Shown here in pieces: positions 51,572 to 63,500 of a stretch of 64,000 nt of DNA. The DNA is taken from NCBI GenBank assembly GCA_032718475.1, contig JAUCBJ010007863.1, forward strand, positions 62,001 through 126,000, written 5' to 3'. The stretch is from Nemertoderma westbladi (Eukaryota > Animalia > Xenacoelomorpha). Every line of letters begins with the position of its first letter. Positions within the stretch are counted from its first letter, which is position 1. A model generated the notes under the pieces. That model was not told the origin of the DNA. It ran no database searches and was given only the letters and a program-made list of their open reading frames with translations. Position numbers and translations under genes: made by a program.

Positions 51572-52460
51572 TGTTAGCTTATTCAATCCCGCTAACACCC
51601 CATAAAGTTATAAGCCGATAAGCAATATTGGGAGCCACGAGATTGGATAATTAACCAACTCGTGCCATCCCAATAAGAGTGGGAAGGAAGCACACAAAGA
51701 GGGTCAGGGGCCAAACCCCTAACCCAGAGAGAATAGGTGGAGTGAACGGGAACACTCCAAAGGGCGCCAACAAGGGTATCAACCAATCAGAGGGGGGAAA
51801 GGCATCGATTAGGTAGAGTAACAAGGCCAACCGTGCAATATAGCCACTTGGCAGTAATAATACCAATTCAGTTATCTCAGTGCAATACCGGTGCTAGTTT
51901 AGGTTATTACATAGTTTTAGATAGGGAAGGACCGGGACTTTAGTTACCGTATCCCGCCTTCCATATACGACAATACTATATCTATATCTATATCCACATA
52001 TCATATTATATACGACAAACAACATCAGAACTCATTCACTCTTTATACACGGCGGGGACGCGTGAACTAAAACCGGATAAACCGGGATCCCTCTTGGATC
52101 CCGTCACAGTAACTAAACCAGCTGCCGCCCTAGATAAACTCAATAACCACTAGCCACCGAAATCTGCAGAAGAGAGATGAGTCGGTCAGGTGACACGACA
52201 CCGACGCGGACCCCGGACGAAGAGCTAACGATCCGCGAGGCCGCAACCAGGCGATACAGGCCCACAACGCCGGACCCATCGGTAACGGGTCATCCGGCAG
52301 TTCAGGACGAGGGGGGCCTGGAACCCGAGGTCGAACCGAGAGAAAGAGAGAGCGAGACGGAGGGAGACGGAGACGAGTCGACACGGACGGGGGTCGACGC
52401 ACCGGTGTCGCCGGCCAGCCACAGGCCGAGGGCGACGAGCGGCCCGCCGAAACGGCGACG

Positions 52461-54258
52461 GTGGGGCCGACGGTGCGGCCCCGGACGCAGAGAGACGAAG
52501 GAGATATCGGTACCGATGTCGCCGGCCAGCCACAGGCCGAGGGCGACGGACGGCCCGCCGGAACGGCGACGGTGGGGCCGCCGGTACGACGTCGGACCCG
52601 GAGAGACGGAAGAAAGATCGGCGACGAGGACGTCGGGGTTTCTGATCGACTCCGACGGGCCTACAACGCGACCCAAAGACTACTAAAGGACGCTAAGAAG
52701 GAAGGGGCGGAGATAGACGAGGTGAGACTGAGGAAACGACTAGGTGAGTCGGATAGACACTTTAATTACCTAATGCGTTTTGGGCAGAGGGAACTAGCCG
52801 AGGAGAGAGCAAAAGGGGTTGCCAGCGAACTGTTTGAACTATGGGAATGTGGGAGTATGGAACCTAGCGTAGCGTCAGTGTACATAGGGCCATACTTGGT
52901 CGATGCCCGGGGAGTAAAATTAGTGGGTTGGAACAGACCTGAGGAGGGCGAATCCGAGGCTGACCCCGCGGATTCGGTCTCGTCGGTCGGAGGGAGTTCC
53001 GGGAGGAGGGGGAAAGCTAGTAGATCGGGAAGGCGGAGGGAATCCTCCACAACCGATAAGTCTGCTACATCCTCCGCAAAAGAAAGACGGGTGAGAGAGA
53101 TAGACGCTAGGTACCGTCTCAATCTAGCAGTGCAAGGTAATAGAGAAGTAGGTAGACGGCTAGAGGAAGGGAGAGTGCTGCTGGAGAGGGAAATGGCGTC
53201 GATTGGAGAGATAAGAGAGAGGGCCGAAAGGGCCGTGAGGAGCCTTAGGGAGTATGATGAAATAGAGTTGAAGGAACAAGAAGAGCGTGTGGCGAGAGAG
53301 AAAAGTGAACGCAGAGAGCGTGAAGCGAAGGAGGAAAGTGAACGCAGAGAGCGTGAAGTGAGGGAGGAGAGTGAGCGTAGAGCGCGTGAGGCGAGGCGAA
53401 GGGAGGGGATTAGGAGAGAGGTGGAATTGGCCAAGCAGACCGAACGGGAGGCTATGGATAAAATAGCAAAAGTGGAGCGTGAGCGAAAAGAATTGGAGAA
53501 ACAGCGAGACAAACTCGTAGAGTATGAAGCTGTACACACGCGTGAGGTGGAACTGGCGCAGATGGGGGAGTCTGAGAGCGAGGCTGGCTCGAGTATTTTT
53601 GAGGAGCCGGGGGCCGTGGATACATTTATTAATACCCCACTTACAGGGACCGCACGACAGACTCAAAACTGGTGTGACCGTACGGGCGGGGGGGGGGGGG
53701 GGGGGGGGGGTAATAATGATAATGGTACAGTAGACGTGGTTAATATTAATAGTACCGTATGGGACAATTCTAATCAAACCTTTATTGCAGGAAATACTTT
53801 ACCTAGTGGTAGTAATTTAAATTTAAATCAGAACATTCCTAATATTAATGTAGAAAATAATTCTAATATTAATGTAGCTAAGCAAAATAATCCAATTAAT
53901 CAAAGTAATAACCCAAATTCGAACTTACAAAATAATTTAAGTAATGCAATAACACAAAATAATCTAAATAACTTAAATAATTCAGCGAGCCCGAATTTAC
54001 AAAATAATTCAGATAGTGTAGTCGCGCAAGATAATTCAAATGATTTTATCTCGAACGAACAAATTAATTCCGTTTCCAATACGGGTGCTATTAATGTAAA
54101 CACGTCGGGCGTGTATGGCCAGACAGACGAGGGCCTGGTAGGCCACGTAGTTGGTAGGCAGGGAATAGCTGGGTTAGGTAGACCCGGCGAGGGCCTGGTA
54201 GGCCACGTAGTTGGTAGGCAGGGAGTAGCTGGGTTAGGTAGACCCAGCGAGGGCCTGG
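52461..54258 (+). pseudogene. E3 gag N-terminal region: coiled coil, poly-Gly, Asn-rich tract, GLVGHVV repeats
   Basis: 628-aa ORF, interrupted by the Gypsy insertion. Homologous to E1 13204-14800 and E2 41964-43313. Confidence 0.75.
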
Positions 54259-57200
54259 TCTTATGTCTCTGTGTCATGAGAAAGTGTCAGTATGTAATAA
54301 TGAACACAGGACGTATATTCTATCAGCTCGGAAGTCTGAGTGTATGATCTATATAATATCTGCCCGACCGGTATGGTATGTATGTATATCTATATGTATA
54401 ATGGACTTAGGTCCTTACACCTTTGTACGGTAATAATAGTCATAAGTATATTCACATCATCCCCCTTTCCCCCGCGATCTGAGTTCGCTGGAGTCATGAT
54501 CGGTTATGGAACGGGGTACGTAGTAGTACTACCAAAACGTACAATAGGTTGATGTCGGCGTGTACTGCGACGTGGTTCTGGTAGTGTGTCAGCTATGGTC
54601 ATCTTTAGCGTTGGTGTTTTGGCTATAGGGTTGGATGGGTTTGCGGTTGGTGGGTTAGTGATGTTAGGGTTGCGGTCGGGGTCATGGTAGAGTCTGAGAA
54701 AACGGCGGTTTCTCCACCACGTGCGACCTGAGGGTAATTTTACTCGGTAGTCGCGTCGTTCCCCAACAGCTACGACGGTTCCAACGTGATTCCATCGTTT
54801 CGTTTTTGGATCTTGGATACGTACAGTAGATCCAATTCGTATTTTTGGGTGGTCATGTGCGTCATGGTTGTAGAGCTCCTCGGTTTTGTGACGAAGTTCT
54901 CCTGCCCTGTGGTCGGCTGCGTCCGACTCATCGCGCCATTGTTGGGCGTAATGGGTGTGGTGGGCAGGAACGCGTGATCGTAGTAGACGACCGAAGACGA
55001 TTTCGTTAGGTGAGCGGCCGTCTGCGCGTGGGGTGTTACGGAGTTCTAGTAAACCTTCCTGGAACTCAGTTGAGCCAGTGTCACAGTGTGGTACTTTTTG
55101 GAGTAGGCGTTTTATGATTTTTACCGTTATCTCCGCATGGCCGTTGCTTGATGGGAAGTGTGGAGTACTGGGACACCACTCCACTCCCCAGCGTTTAAGG
55201 AACTGTTTGAAGGAAGCCGCAGAAAATTGTGGGCCGCCATCAGACTTGAATTTTGTTGGGACACCCAGGTCGACGAACCATTTTCGGGTGACGAAGGCAA
55301 CCTGTTGTGATGATGGGTCGTGTCGAAACTCGTGTACGACTGGGTATCCAGACAATCTGTCTGAGTAAACCAGGAAGTGTTTGCCTCCAATTTGGAATAG
55401 ATCGGAGGAGACGAACTGAAATGGCCGCGTCGGCATTTTGTCAGCCATCAGTGTCTCTTTGGGGAGGCTTGGTAATAGTTCCTGACAAGAATGGCATTGC
55501 GAAACGGTGCGTTCGATGTCTCGTGTAATGCCAGGCCAGTAGACAGTTTGTCTTGCGCGTTGTTTGGTTCGTGTCATCCCCTGGTGGGATGCATGCAATC
55601 TGTCTAAAGTATCCTGTTGATAGATTTTAGGAATAACTATTCTGTCCCCATATAATACAATGTCGTTGTATATCGAAAGGTTATTGCGTATGGACTTGAA
55701 CAGTTTAATGTATGGTGATGCGTTATGTAGACCACTAAAGTCAGTTTTGATCTCCTGGATCAATTCTTGGTACTCGGTGTCATCTAACGCTGCATCACGC
55801 AAATCCTGAATGATTGGGTCGCTTTCCATCACGTTTTCCGTGTTCCCGGAAATGGTTAATGCATTGATTGTGAAAGTGATGTCATCGGGTTCGTCTGGGT
55901 CATCGACTGGTGAGCGGCTAAGGCAGTCCGCTATTCGGTGCTGTTTGCCTTTTTGCCATTCAACCCGGAACTGGTATTGAGATTGAAGTTCAGCCTTCAT
56001 CCGTTGGATTTTGGCGTTTTCGATTTGGTTTATGGTGTAATTATTGAACATGGTGAGCAAAGGCCGGTGGTCGGTTACTACCGTAAATGTTGGTAGGCCC
56101 GCAAGGTACAGTCTGCACCTCTTTATACCATAGTAAATAGCTATGCACTCCAACTCAATAGTAGCATAGCGGCTTTCCGTATCAGTTATAAATCTACTGC
56201 CACAGGCAATAAGTTTCCATTGGTTGTCTTGGCGTTGCAGTAGATCATATCCAAAACCGTTGAGACGGCTGGCATCTGTTTCGAGCCGCGTTTCGGCGTT
56301 GATATCAAACGTGGCGAGGACTGGGGGTTGAACAAGTGCCTGTTTAACTTTGTTGAAGGCCTCCTCGTGGTTAGCCGTCCACATAAAAACGTTTCGTGTT
56401 CGTAGTAGATCTCGAAGTGGTGTAGCGAAGGTACTGATCTCACTAGAAAAACATCCAAGTTGATTTACCAGACCCATGAAACTTCGTAAATCAGTTATGT
56501 TTTGTGGATTATGAAAGTTGGTGATGGCCTTCACTTTGTTGGGGTCGGCCTCCGTCCCATCCTTTGAGATGATATAACCCGCGAATTTCACTCGCGTCTG
56601 AGCGAAATTAAACTTGGCCGGGTTGAGTGTAATTCCAGCCTGTCGACATCGGTCGAGAATTGTTCGGACGCGATCGATGTGTTCATCGATGTTGGTGTCT
56701 TCAACGAGGATGTCATCCACAATCTTGTGGATTTGGGGTATACCATCGAGGGCCAGATCGCCGCGGTAGTTGTAACTATCTCCTGCAGAAATAAAACCCA
56801 TGGGTGCTCTGCAGAAACGGTAACGTCCCCATGGCGTTATAAACGTTGTATAGTCTCGAGATTGTTCGTCGAGTTCGACCTGCCAATAACCCGATTTGGC
56901 ATCCAGGGTCGAGAAAAGGCATGTGCCTGGTGTACGGCCAGATACAACATCGCCTGGTGAACGGGCGTTGTGTATGGTGCGCTTTACTTGACTGTTGAGT
57001 TTTGTTAAATCAACGGTTATACGAATTTCACCAGGTTGGTTGGGTTTTTGGCAAACCACAATTGGGTGGCACCATTCAACAGCACGGTCGCCTGTTCGTT
57101 CTATTATGCCTTTTTGAAGCATATCCTCAATTTCTTTTTTAGTTTTCTCCCGAAACGGATGGGGTATTGGACGGTGCGCGTAGAGGCAGAATGGTTTCGC

Positions 57201-59708
57201 ATCATCCACCAACTCGATCGTCATCGGTGGACCTACCATGGTCCGCAGTTGACCTCTGGTCCCAAAAACATCAGAGTATTCATCGAGAAGTTTCTGTTTT
57301 TCGATCTCGATCGATTGGTTATCATTGGATATGGTGTTGATTGCCGAAGTGGCATGTTGGGTGTCGACGGGTTCGTGTTGGGTGTCGACAGGTTCATGTT
57401 GGGTGTTGACGGGTTCATGTTGGGTACCAACGGGTGCATGTTCAGTGTCAACGGGTGTACATTGGGTGTCGACCGGTGCACGTTGGGTGTTGACGGGTGT
57501 ACATTGGGTGTCGATGGGTGTGTGTTGTATCCCGTCAATGAACTTGGTAATTAGGTGTAGTGGTTTCGGGAATTCGGGGTGGACAATACCCAAACCTTTA
57601 CATGCCGATAATGAAAGGTATACTGCTCCCTTGGATATGTCTGGGCATATGTATACCCAGTCCCTGTGTGTTCTACCACTGATAGTGAGGCTGAGTTCAA
57701 TGCGCCCCTCACATTCGATGGGTGTTCCGTTGGCGCCCTCTAGAGGGTAGTCTGGGTCTGTTAAATCCGTTATGTCCCACTCCTCCAGTATATCGGAACC
57801 AGCTGCTATAACCTGCGCGCCCGTATCGGCAATGCATGATTTATTCCCAATGTAGTCTCCTTTGTAGAAAAGATCTATTGGGACGAGGGGTCTGTAGTGA
57901 GCAGCTGTATATCCGTGTATGTCGGCGATTAGAATAGCGCCGGTGGACTGTGGAGGTTTCGAATATGTTTTACCAAGACATTTCGACGCAAAATGTCCCT
58001 GTTTTCCGCAGTGGTTGCATTTTTTATCGGCCGCCTTGCATGGTTGGTCTGTGGTGTGGGGCCAATTTCCACCGCAATTAATACATTTACCCTGAGATTT
58101 ACAACGTTTGACAGCGTCACGGGCACTGGAAGAAGGTGTTTGTGAACGTTGTTGGGATTTACTGTCCTTATCGCGTTTGTAGCGAGTTTTTGATTTTTGC
58201 GGATAACGTCCCCGTTGTTGGGTTGGTTGTGAAGTGGTGGAATGTTGAACCGCGTTTACTCGATGTTTCAGACGCTGGCCTTCCCTAGCAGCCATCTCCC
58301 GGTTACGGCAGAAATCCACAGTAGCGGCTCGGGAAAATAATGGTCGTTTACCGAAGAGTTCTTCCCGAGTTTCGTCATCCCGTATACCGCAGACAATAAG
58401 GGTTGTTAACCAATCGTCTTTGGACATTGACTCTATTTGTGCGTCGTCTGCCATCTCACAGAGTTTAATGTAAAAGTCGTCAAATTCCTGGCCATCGACT
58501 TGTTTCTGCCGTACGAGTTCGTAGCGATCGACGGCAATGTTTTGATCCGCGCGTAGATAAGTGCGGATCTCGCCCAAGACTTCATGCATTTCCAAGGATG
58601 TATCTTGGTCGATTTCGAGTGTGTACTGTATCCGGTTTAGAAAATCCGGACTGCAGTATGAGAACAGTGTAGCAATCTTGTCAACCCTGGGTTTCTCGTC
58701 GAGTTTGGTGACCCTTGAGTAATTTAACCACGCAGATTCCCAGCGTTTAAACGATTTAAACCGGATCCCCACGTCCAGGATTTGTGGGGGTCGCACAGTT
58801 AGTCTAGCGGTGTTTCCACTATCGGCGGTACCGGTACCGGTATCACGATCATGTAATCGAGGCGGTGTTGAAATGGTTTGCTGGTCCCGGGTTGCCGACT
58901 GTTGTTCCATGAATCGCATAAAACGTTCTTCTCGGCGTTCCTCGTCCTCGCGTCTTTGTGCATCGAGTTGTGCGAGTAACCGGCCCAGGTCGTAGGTAGA
59001 ACCCTGGGTGGAACCCGATGTAGTTGCATCGTCTGTGTCCGTATCTCCGGACAGAGACAGCGATTTAATTAACCGTTTGCGTAGTACGACCGTGGCAGTT
59101 TTCGAATCGTACTCCACGTCTGCGTTGTTGCAGTGTTCAATTAAAGTTGCCCTGGCGAGGCTGTTGATTACCTCCTCGGACAGATTGTAGGTATCCTCCG
59201 GGGAGATAGACATGTTGCCCAATGTTGACCTTGAATGTATGTGGCAACACAGCCAATAATCAAAGTATAAACGCAAATACAGCAATTAGCAGATTAGTAT
59301 ATCCAGTACGGCAGTACGGTTCAGTAGTACAGCAGTACAGGCAGACAGGTATTCCAGTATTCGCCGCGGTGTAGCCGTTGTTGTATGGGGTTTTTTATAT
59401 TAAAAGCCCCGTTTTTTATGTTGCAGTGTTATCAGTTATTGTAAGTTACGTAGGTCATTAGCAAAGCCCATGTAGGGTGGTCAAAGCTAATAGACACAAC
59501 TGCGCCATCTTATGTCTCTGTGTCATGAGAAAGTGTCAGTATGTAATAATGAACACAGGACGTATATTCTATCAGCTCGGAAGTCTGAATGTATGATCTA
59601 TATAATATCTGCCCGACCGGTATGGTATGTATGTATATCTATATGTATAATGGACTTAGGTCCTTACACCCTTATACGGTAATAATAGTCATAAGTATAT
59701 TCACATCA
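54259..59708 (-). mobile_element. Intact Ty3/Gypsy LTR retrotransposon (Mag-like) nested in E3
   Basis: 201-bp LTRs at 54259-54459 and 59508-59708 (about 3 mismatches), 5-bp TSD CCTGG, PBS TGGCGCAG adjacent to the 5' LTR, PPT GGAAAGGGGGA. Confidence 0.95.
54504..59285 (-). CDS. Gypsy Gag-Pol polyprotein (single ORF)
   Basis: Two CCHC knuckles, PR ADTGAQV, RT LDAKSGYWQ and IVDDIL, RNase H ETDAS..IELE, integrase HASH..CHSC with SDLF/SDGGPQF/NGHAE. The likely ATG is at about 59213. Confidence 0.95.
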   Translation of the reverse strand: MLYLRLYFDYWLCCHIHSRSTLGNMSISPEDTYNLSEEVINSLARATLIEHCNNADVEYDSKTATVVLRKRLIKSLSLSGDTDTDDATTSGSTQGSTYDLGRLLAQLDAQRREDEERREERFMRFMEQQSATRDQQTISTPPRLHDRDTGTGTADSGNTARLTVRPPQILDVGIRFKSFKRWESAWLNYSRVTKLDEKPRVDKIATLFSYCSPDFLNRIQYTLEIDQDTSLEMHEVLGEIRTYLRADQNIAVDRYELVRQKQVDGQEFDDFYIKLCEMADDAQIESMSKDDWLTTLIVCGIRDDETREELFGKRPLFSRAATVDFCRNREMAAREGQRLKHRVNAVQHSTTSQPTQQRGRYPQKSKTRYKRDKDSKSQQRSQTPSSSARDAVKRCKSQGKCINCGGNWPHTTDQPCKAADKKCNHCGKQGHFASKCLGKTYSKPPQSTGAILIADIHGYTAAHYRPLVPIDLFYKGDYIGNKSCIADTGAQVIAAGSDILEEWDITDLTDPDYPLEGANGTPIECEGRIELSLTISGRTHRDWVYICPDISKGAVYLSLSACKGLGIVHPEFPKPLHLITKFIDGIQHTPIDTQCTPVNTQRAPVDTQCTPVDTEHAPVGTQHEPVNTQHEPVDTQHEPVDTQHATSAINTISNDNQSIEIEKQKLLDEYSDVFGTRGQLRTMVGPPMTIELVDDAKPFCLYAHRPIPHPFREKTKKEIEDMLQKGIIERTGDRAVEWCHPIVVCQKPNQPGEIRITVDLTKLNSQVKRTIHNARSPGDVVSGRTPGTCLFSTLDAKSGYWQVELDEQSRDYTTFITPWGRYRFCRAPMGFISAGDSYNYRGDLALDGIPQIHKIVDDILVEDTNIDEHIDRVRTILDRCRQAGITLNPAKFNFAQTRVKFAGYIISKDGTEADPNKVKAITNFHNPQNITDLRSFMGLVNQLGCFSSEISTFATPLRDLLRTRNVFMWTANHEEAFNKVKQALVQPPVLATFDINAETRLETDASRLNGFGYDLLQRQDNQWKLIACGSRFITDTESRYATIELECIAIYYGIKRCRLYLAGLPTFTVVTDHRPLLTMFNNYTINQIENAKIQRMKAELQSQYQFRVEWQKGKQHRIADCLSRSPVDDPDEPDDITFTINALTISGNTENVMESDPIIQDLRDAALDDTEYQELIQEIKTDFSGLHNASPYIKLFKSIRNNLSIYNDIVLYGDRIVIPKIYQQDTLDRLHASHQGMTRTKQRARQTVYWPGITRDIERTVSQCHSCQELLPSLPKETLMADKMPTRPFQFVSSDLFQIGGKHFLVYSDRLSGYPVVHEFRHDPSSQQVAFVTRKWFVDLGVPTKFKSDGGPQFSAASFKQFLKRWGVEWCPSTPHFPSSNGHAEITVKIIKRLLQKVPHCDTGSTEFQEGLLELRNTPRADGRSPNEIVFGRLLRSRVPAHHTHYAQQWRDESDAADHRAGELRHKTEELYNHDAHDHPKIRIGSTVRIQDPKTKRWNHVGTVVAVGERRDYRVKLPSGRTWWRNRRFLRLYHDPDRNPNITNPPTANPSNPIAKTPTLKMTIADTLPEPRRSTRRHQPIVRFGSTTTYPVP

Positions 59709-60578
59709 CCTGGTAGGCCACGTAGTTGGTAGGCAGGGAGTGGCTGGGTTAGGTAGACCCAGCGAGGGCCTGGTAGGCCACATAGTTGGTAGGCAGGGAG
59801 TAGAGGGCCTGGTAGGCCACGCAATAGCAGAGGGAGAGGCGGGGGTGAATAGACCCGACCGCGGTAGGGTTGATGTGTCGACTGGAGAGGGATATAGTAG
59901 CGGGGTGAGGAGTAGCGAAGTTAGATGTGGCGAGTGGGGGGGGGGGGGGGGGGGGGGGGCTACGAGAACCCCACAACAGCGAGTTAGCGGCGAAAGGGGG
60001 GGGGGGCAGAGAGTGTCCCACAGCCGTCAGCGGATAATGCGCGGGCCGAAATAGGTAAACCGCAACAACCGGCGACGGAAAGTAATAGGGGGATTGCGAG
60101 TATCCCCAGCGGCGTGCGACCGAGCAGAGAGAGACAGGTTGACGTCGTAAGAGGGCGGACGAAGCGTCGAGCCCGATCAGAAGTGGGAAGAAGAACAGTG
60201 GGGTTTAACCGGGAGGTTGACGAGAGATCTCACGAGCGGGAATACTCCACTGAAAGGAGAAGAAGAGAAGACAGTAGTAGAGGTATCGCCGCGAACGATA
60301 GAAGAGCGAGGACGGATAGCGAGCCGTCGGTAGTTGAGATGAGAACGGAGAGTCAGTGGGGTCGGACTCCGGGAGATTGCCGTCGCCCCGGAGAGATGCG
60401 ACCCGGCGAGGCGCACTACGCGCCGATGGAGGGGTACACGATGTACCGGTACGAAGACGAGAACAGTAGAGGGGGGGGTCGATGAGAAACTTTCCGACGG
60501 AATACACCTATTGATCGAGAATACGGTAGCCGCGGGGAGGATTATTCGAGAAGAATAAACTTCGATCCTGAGCGACAC

Positions 60579-63500
60579 ATGCAGACTGTAGGACATACTG
60601 TAGGCCTTACTGCACATACCATAGGCCATACTGAGAGAGGCAATGTAGGCGATAGGATGGCGTGGACAACGGGATTAAACCCGGAAGTCGCGGAATACAT
60701 ACCGGCGAGTAGGCCAGAAGCTGATAGGCCTATACCGGTACCAGCACAGCAGTATGACTACAGCATGCAGGGACATAACATATACCCAGGGGAGGGGGGA
60801 ATTATTGCGGATAGGTGTATGGGCCCCAACATATTAACATCAACCCCAGTACCAAACATACCGGTGGGGGGGGGACAGGGTGACATTCCCCCATCACAAT
60901 ATCAACAATATACCCCGATAGGGGCAAGAACAACGAGACCCTTGGATGAGAATAGGTCGTGTGATACAGACATATGGAGGGGGCCGCTACCCCCGATGAC
61001 ATACCCAAGTCAGAGAAAGTCAAGAAATAGGACAGACGGAACGCACCAGACAGGAGAAACTATGCAGCACCCATCGAATCCATTGGAAGCGCAGGCGATG
61101 GGGATGGCCACGTTGATCGATGCGTTGAAAACGAGGATCGAGTTACCACCCGTGGAACCATTCAAATTCGATGGGAGCAGGCCGGAAGAATATCTACAGT
61201 TTCGGCGCATGTATAGTAACGAAATACTAACAAAGAACTTGACGCAGGCGGAGTGCCTAAAGTATCTGCAAGTGTACACGGGAGGCCCAGCATACGACAT
61301 CGTGAGGCAATATCAAGGAATAGAGGGCGGCTTCACGACAGCATGGCGGGCACTGGATAGGGAATACGGGCACCCGGCCAAGATCATCAGGCAGACGCTG
61401 AGAGGCATAACATCGGGTGGCCTACAGGATAATCCCGTTAGCATTAAGACGTTCGCTAACAAAGTCGAAAAGGCTCTAATCGTGCTGAAGACGCTAGACG
61501 CGCCGTACGAGCTCAATGCGTCCAACAACATCACCACGATAGCGCAGGCACTACCAAACTGGCTGCGCAACAAGTGGAGGAAAATCGCCTTCTCCACTCG
61601 AGATAAGAAGGGTGCGGAACCGGGTTTAGAAGAAATGTCAAACTTCTTAAACTACGAGGCTGAACTAATAACTGACCCAGTCTATAGCGAAGACAGCCTG
61701 GGAAAGGGACTGAAGACAGACTACCATAGACCGAAACCAGAGCACAACACATCGAACGCATTACCGAGACTCAGGCAATCATTGCCATATGCAGCGACGC
61801 AGGGGACTGCAAGTCCACAGCTAGCCGAGGATAAGACAACATCATGGAACGGACAGGGAAACAATAACAACACGAATAAACATAACCCCAGTACGTCCAA
61901 TAGGCAAAACCCAAACAATAAGAATAGTAGGGACTTTGGTACGAACGCAACTGCGATACGCAATGCACTGTATAAAGAGGGCTACGACCCAAAGAGCAAA
62001 TGCCAGCTACACGCAAATGCGCTTCATCAAACTATGAACTGCAGGTACTGGCAGGCGCTACCTAGGCAAGATCAGATAGACTATGCGTTCAGCAATAAAA
62101 TCTGCTCGCGATGTGTAATGAGTGGACATAGAGCAAGGGAGTGCAAGGAGAAGCCAATGAAATTTGGTCAAAGGAGAGGCCAAACGATGGCGACGAGCAC
62201 AGTAGGGGCGAAGAAGAGAGGAACGGTGCTACTTGGAGTAGTACCAGTACGAGTGATCGGGGAAGGCAATCGATCAGTAACAACACTAATGCTGGTTGAT
62301 AGTGGAGCTGCCTTCACATTAGTCGAGGAATGGGTGGCCGAGGAGATAGGATTGAGAACGAGGCCAAGCAGGATGGCGGTAACAACCATCTCTAGCAAAG
62401 ATGAGATCCTGGAGATGAGAACAGGACGGTGCGCAATTGCAGCAGTGGCACCAGGATGCGACTATGGGGCAACCATCGACCCCATCCAAGTGATAGAGTC
62501 AATTAATATCAATGCCAGGCGGCCAACCAACATCGAGGTCGAGCAGTATAAATTCCTGGACGACATTGACTTCTCAATCCCAGATGTGGACGTTAGGAAG
62601 GTATCCATCATAGTAGGTATGGACTGCCCAACGGCCCACGAAAGAATGCAAACGGTCTTCGGCGAAGACAAGCAGAGCGACCCGGTGGCAATATTAACAC
62701 CATTCGGGTGGACACTGACAGGCCCAATTAAGAGTAATATACCATTCCATGTGTCTGAGAGTTCAGGATGCATGGTGCCAGGAACTGACGAGATAGAGGA
62801 GAGGCCAGAGATGGGCAATAGTGGTAGACAGCTAGAAGTAGAAGCAACACCAAGAGAGTGGGCGGAGGAGAATGGTATGGATGCAGAAGATCTAGAGACG
62901 ATGGGTTGGAATAAGGGTCCCAGCAAGTATCGGTATGGAGATGGAGAAGAGCGGACGGTGGAGTGTCGGGAGGACAAACCGGGGAAGTGTCCGGTGGAGT
63001 GTCCAGAGGAGCGTCCGGAAGAGACGCCGGTCCGGTTGAGAGGCATACCGACCAGGGGGAAGCCGAGTAAGAATACAAGATGGAAAGGGAGAAGATGTGA
63101 GATGATCAGACCAGGGGCAGAGAAGCCCATGAATAAACATATGGTGGACAAAGGAGCCGGGAGAGTAGGAGGCGTGCTGCGTACGCACGCGGAACTGACA
63201 GAGTGCGAGGGGGCATTACATGGGCAGACATCGTGTATACCGAAGGACGAACGGGGGTCGTTGAAGCCTTTAATGCCAGCACACATATTAAGGGGGAGGC
63301 CAGCAGAGGTGGCATCTAAGATTGAGGAGAAGAACAGGGGCGGCATTATACCGCCGGGTGACACGTTGAAGGGTGGCACTTTGCCGCCAAGGGACGACCA
63401 CGAGATCAGAAACATAAATAACAGACAGCATTTGCAAAAACAGGAGAAAAGACCACCTATCGAATTGACAAGGAGAGCGGAGCGAAGAATTAGAGAACCT

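Noticed and set aside
54504-59285. Nested Gypsy as the natural pol of E3
   Set aside because: Opposite strand, with its own LTRs, PBS and TSD; a different superfamily and an independent later insertion.
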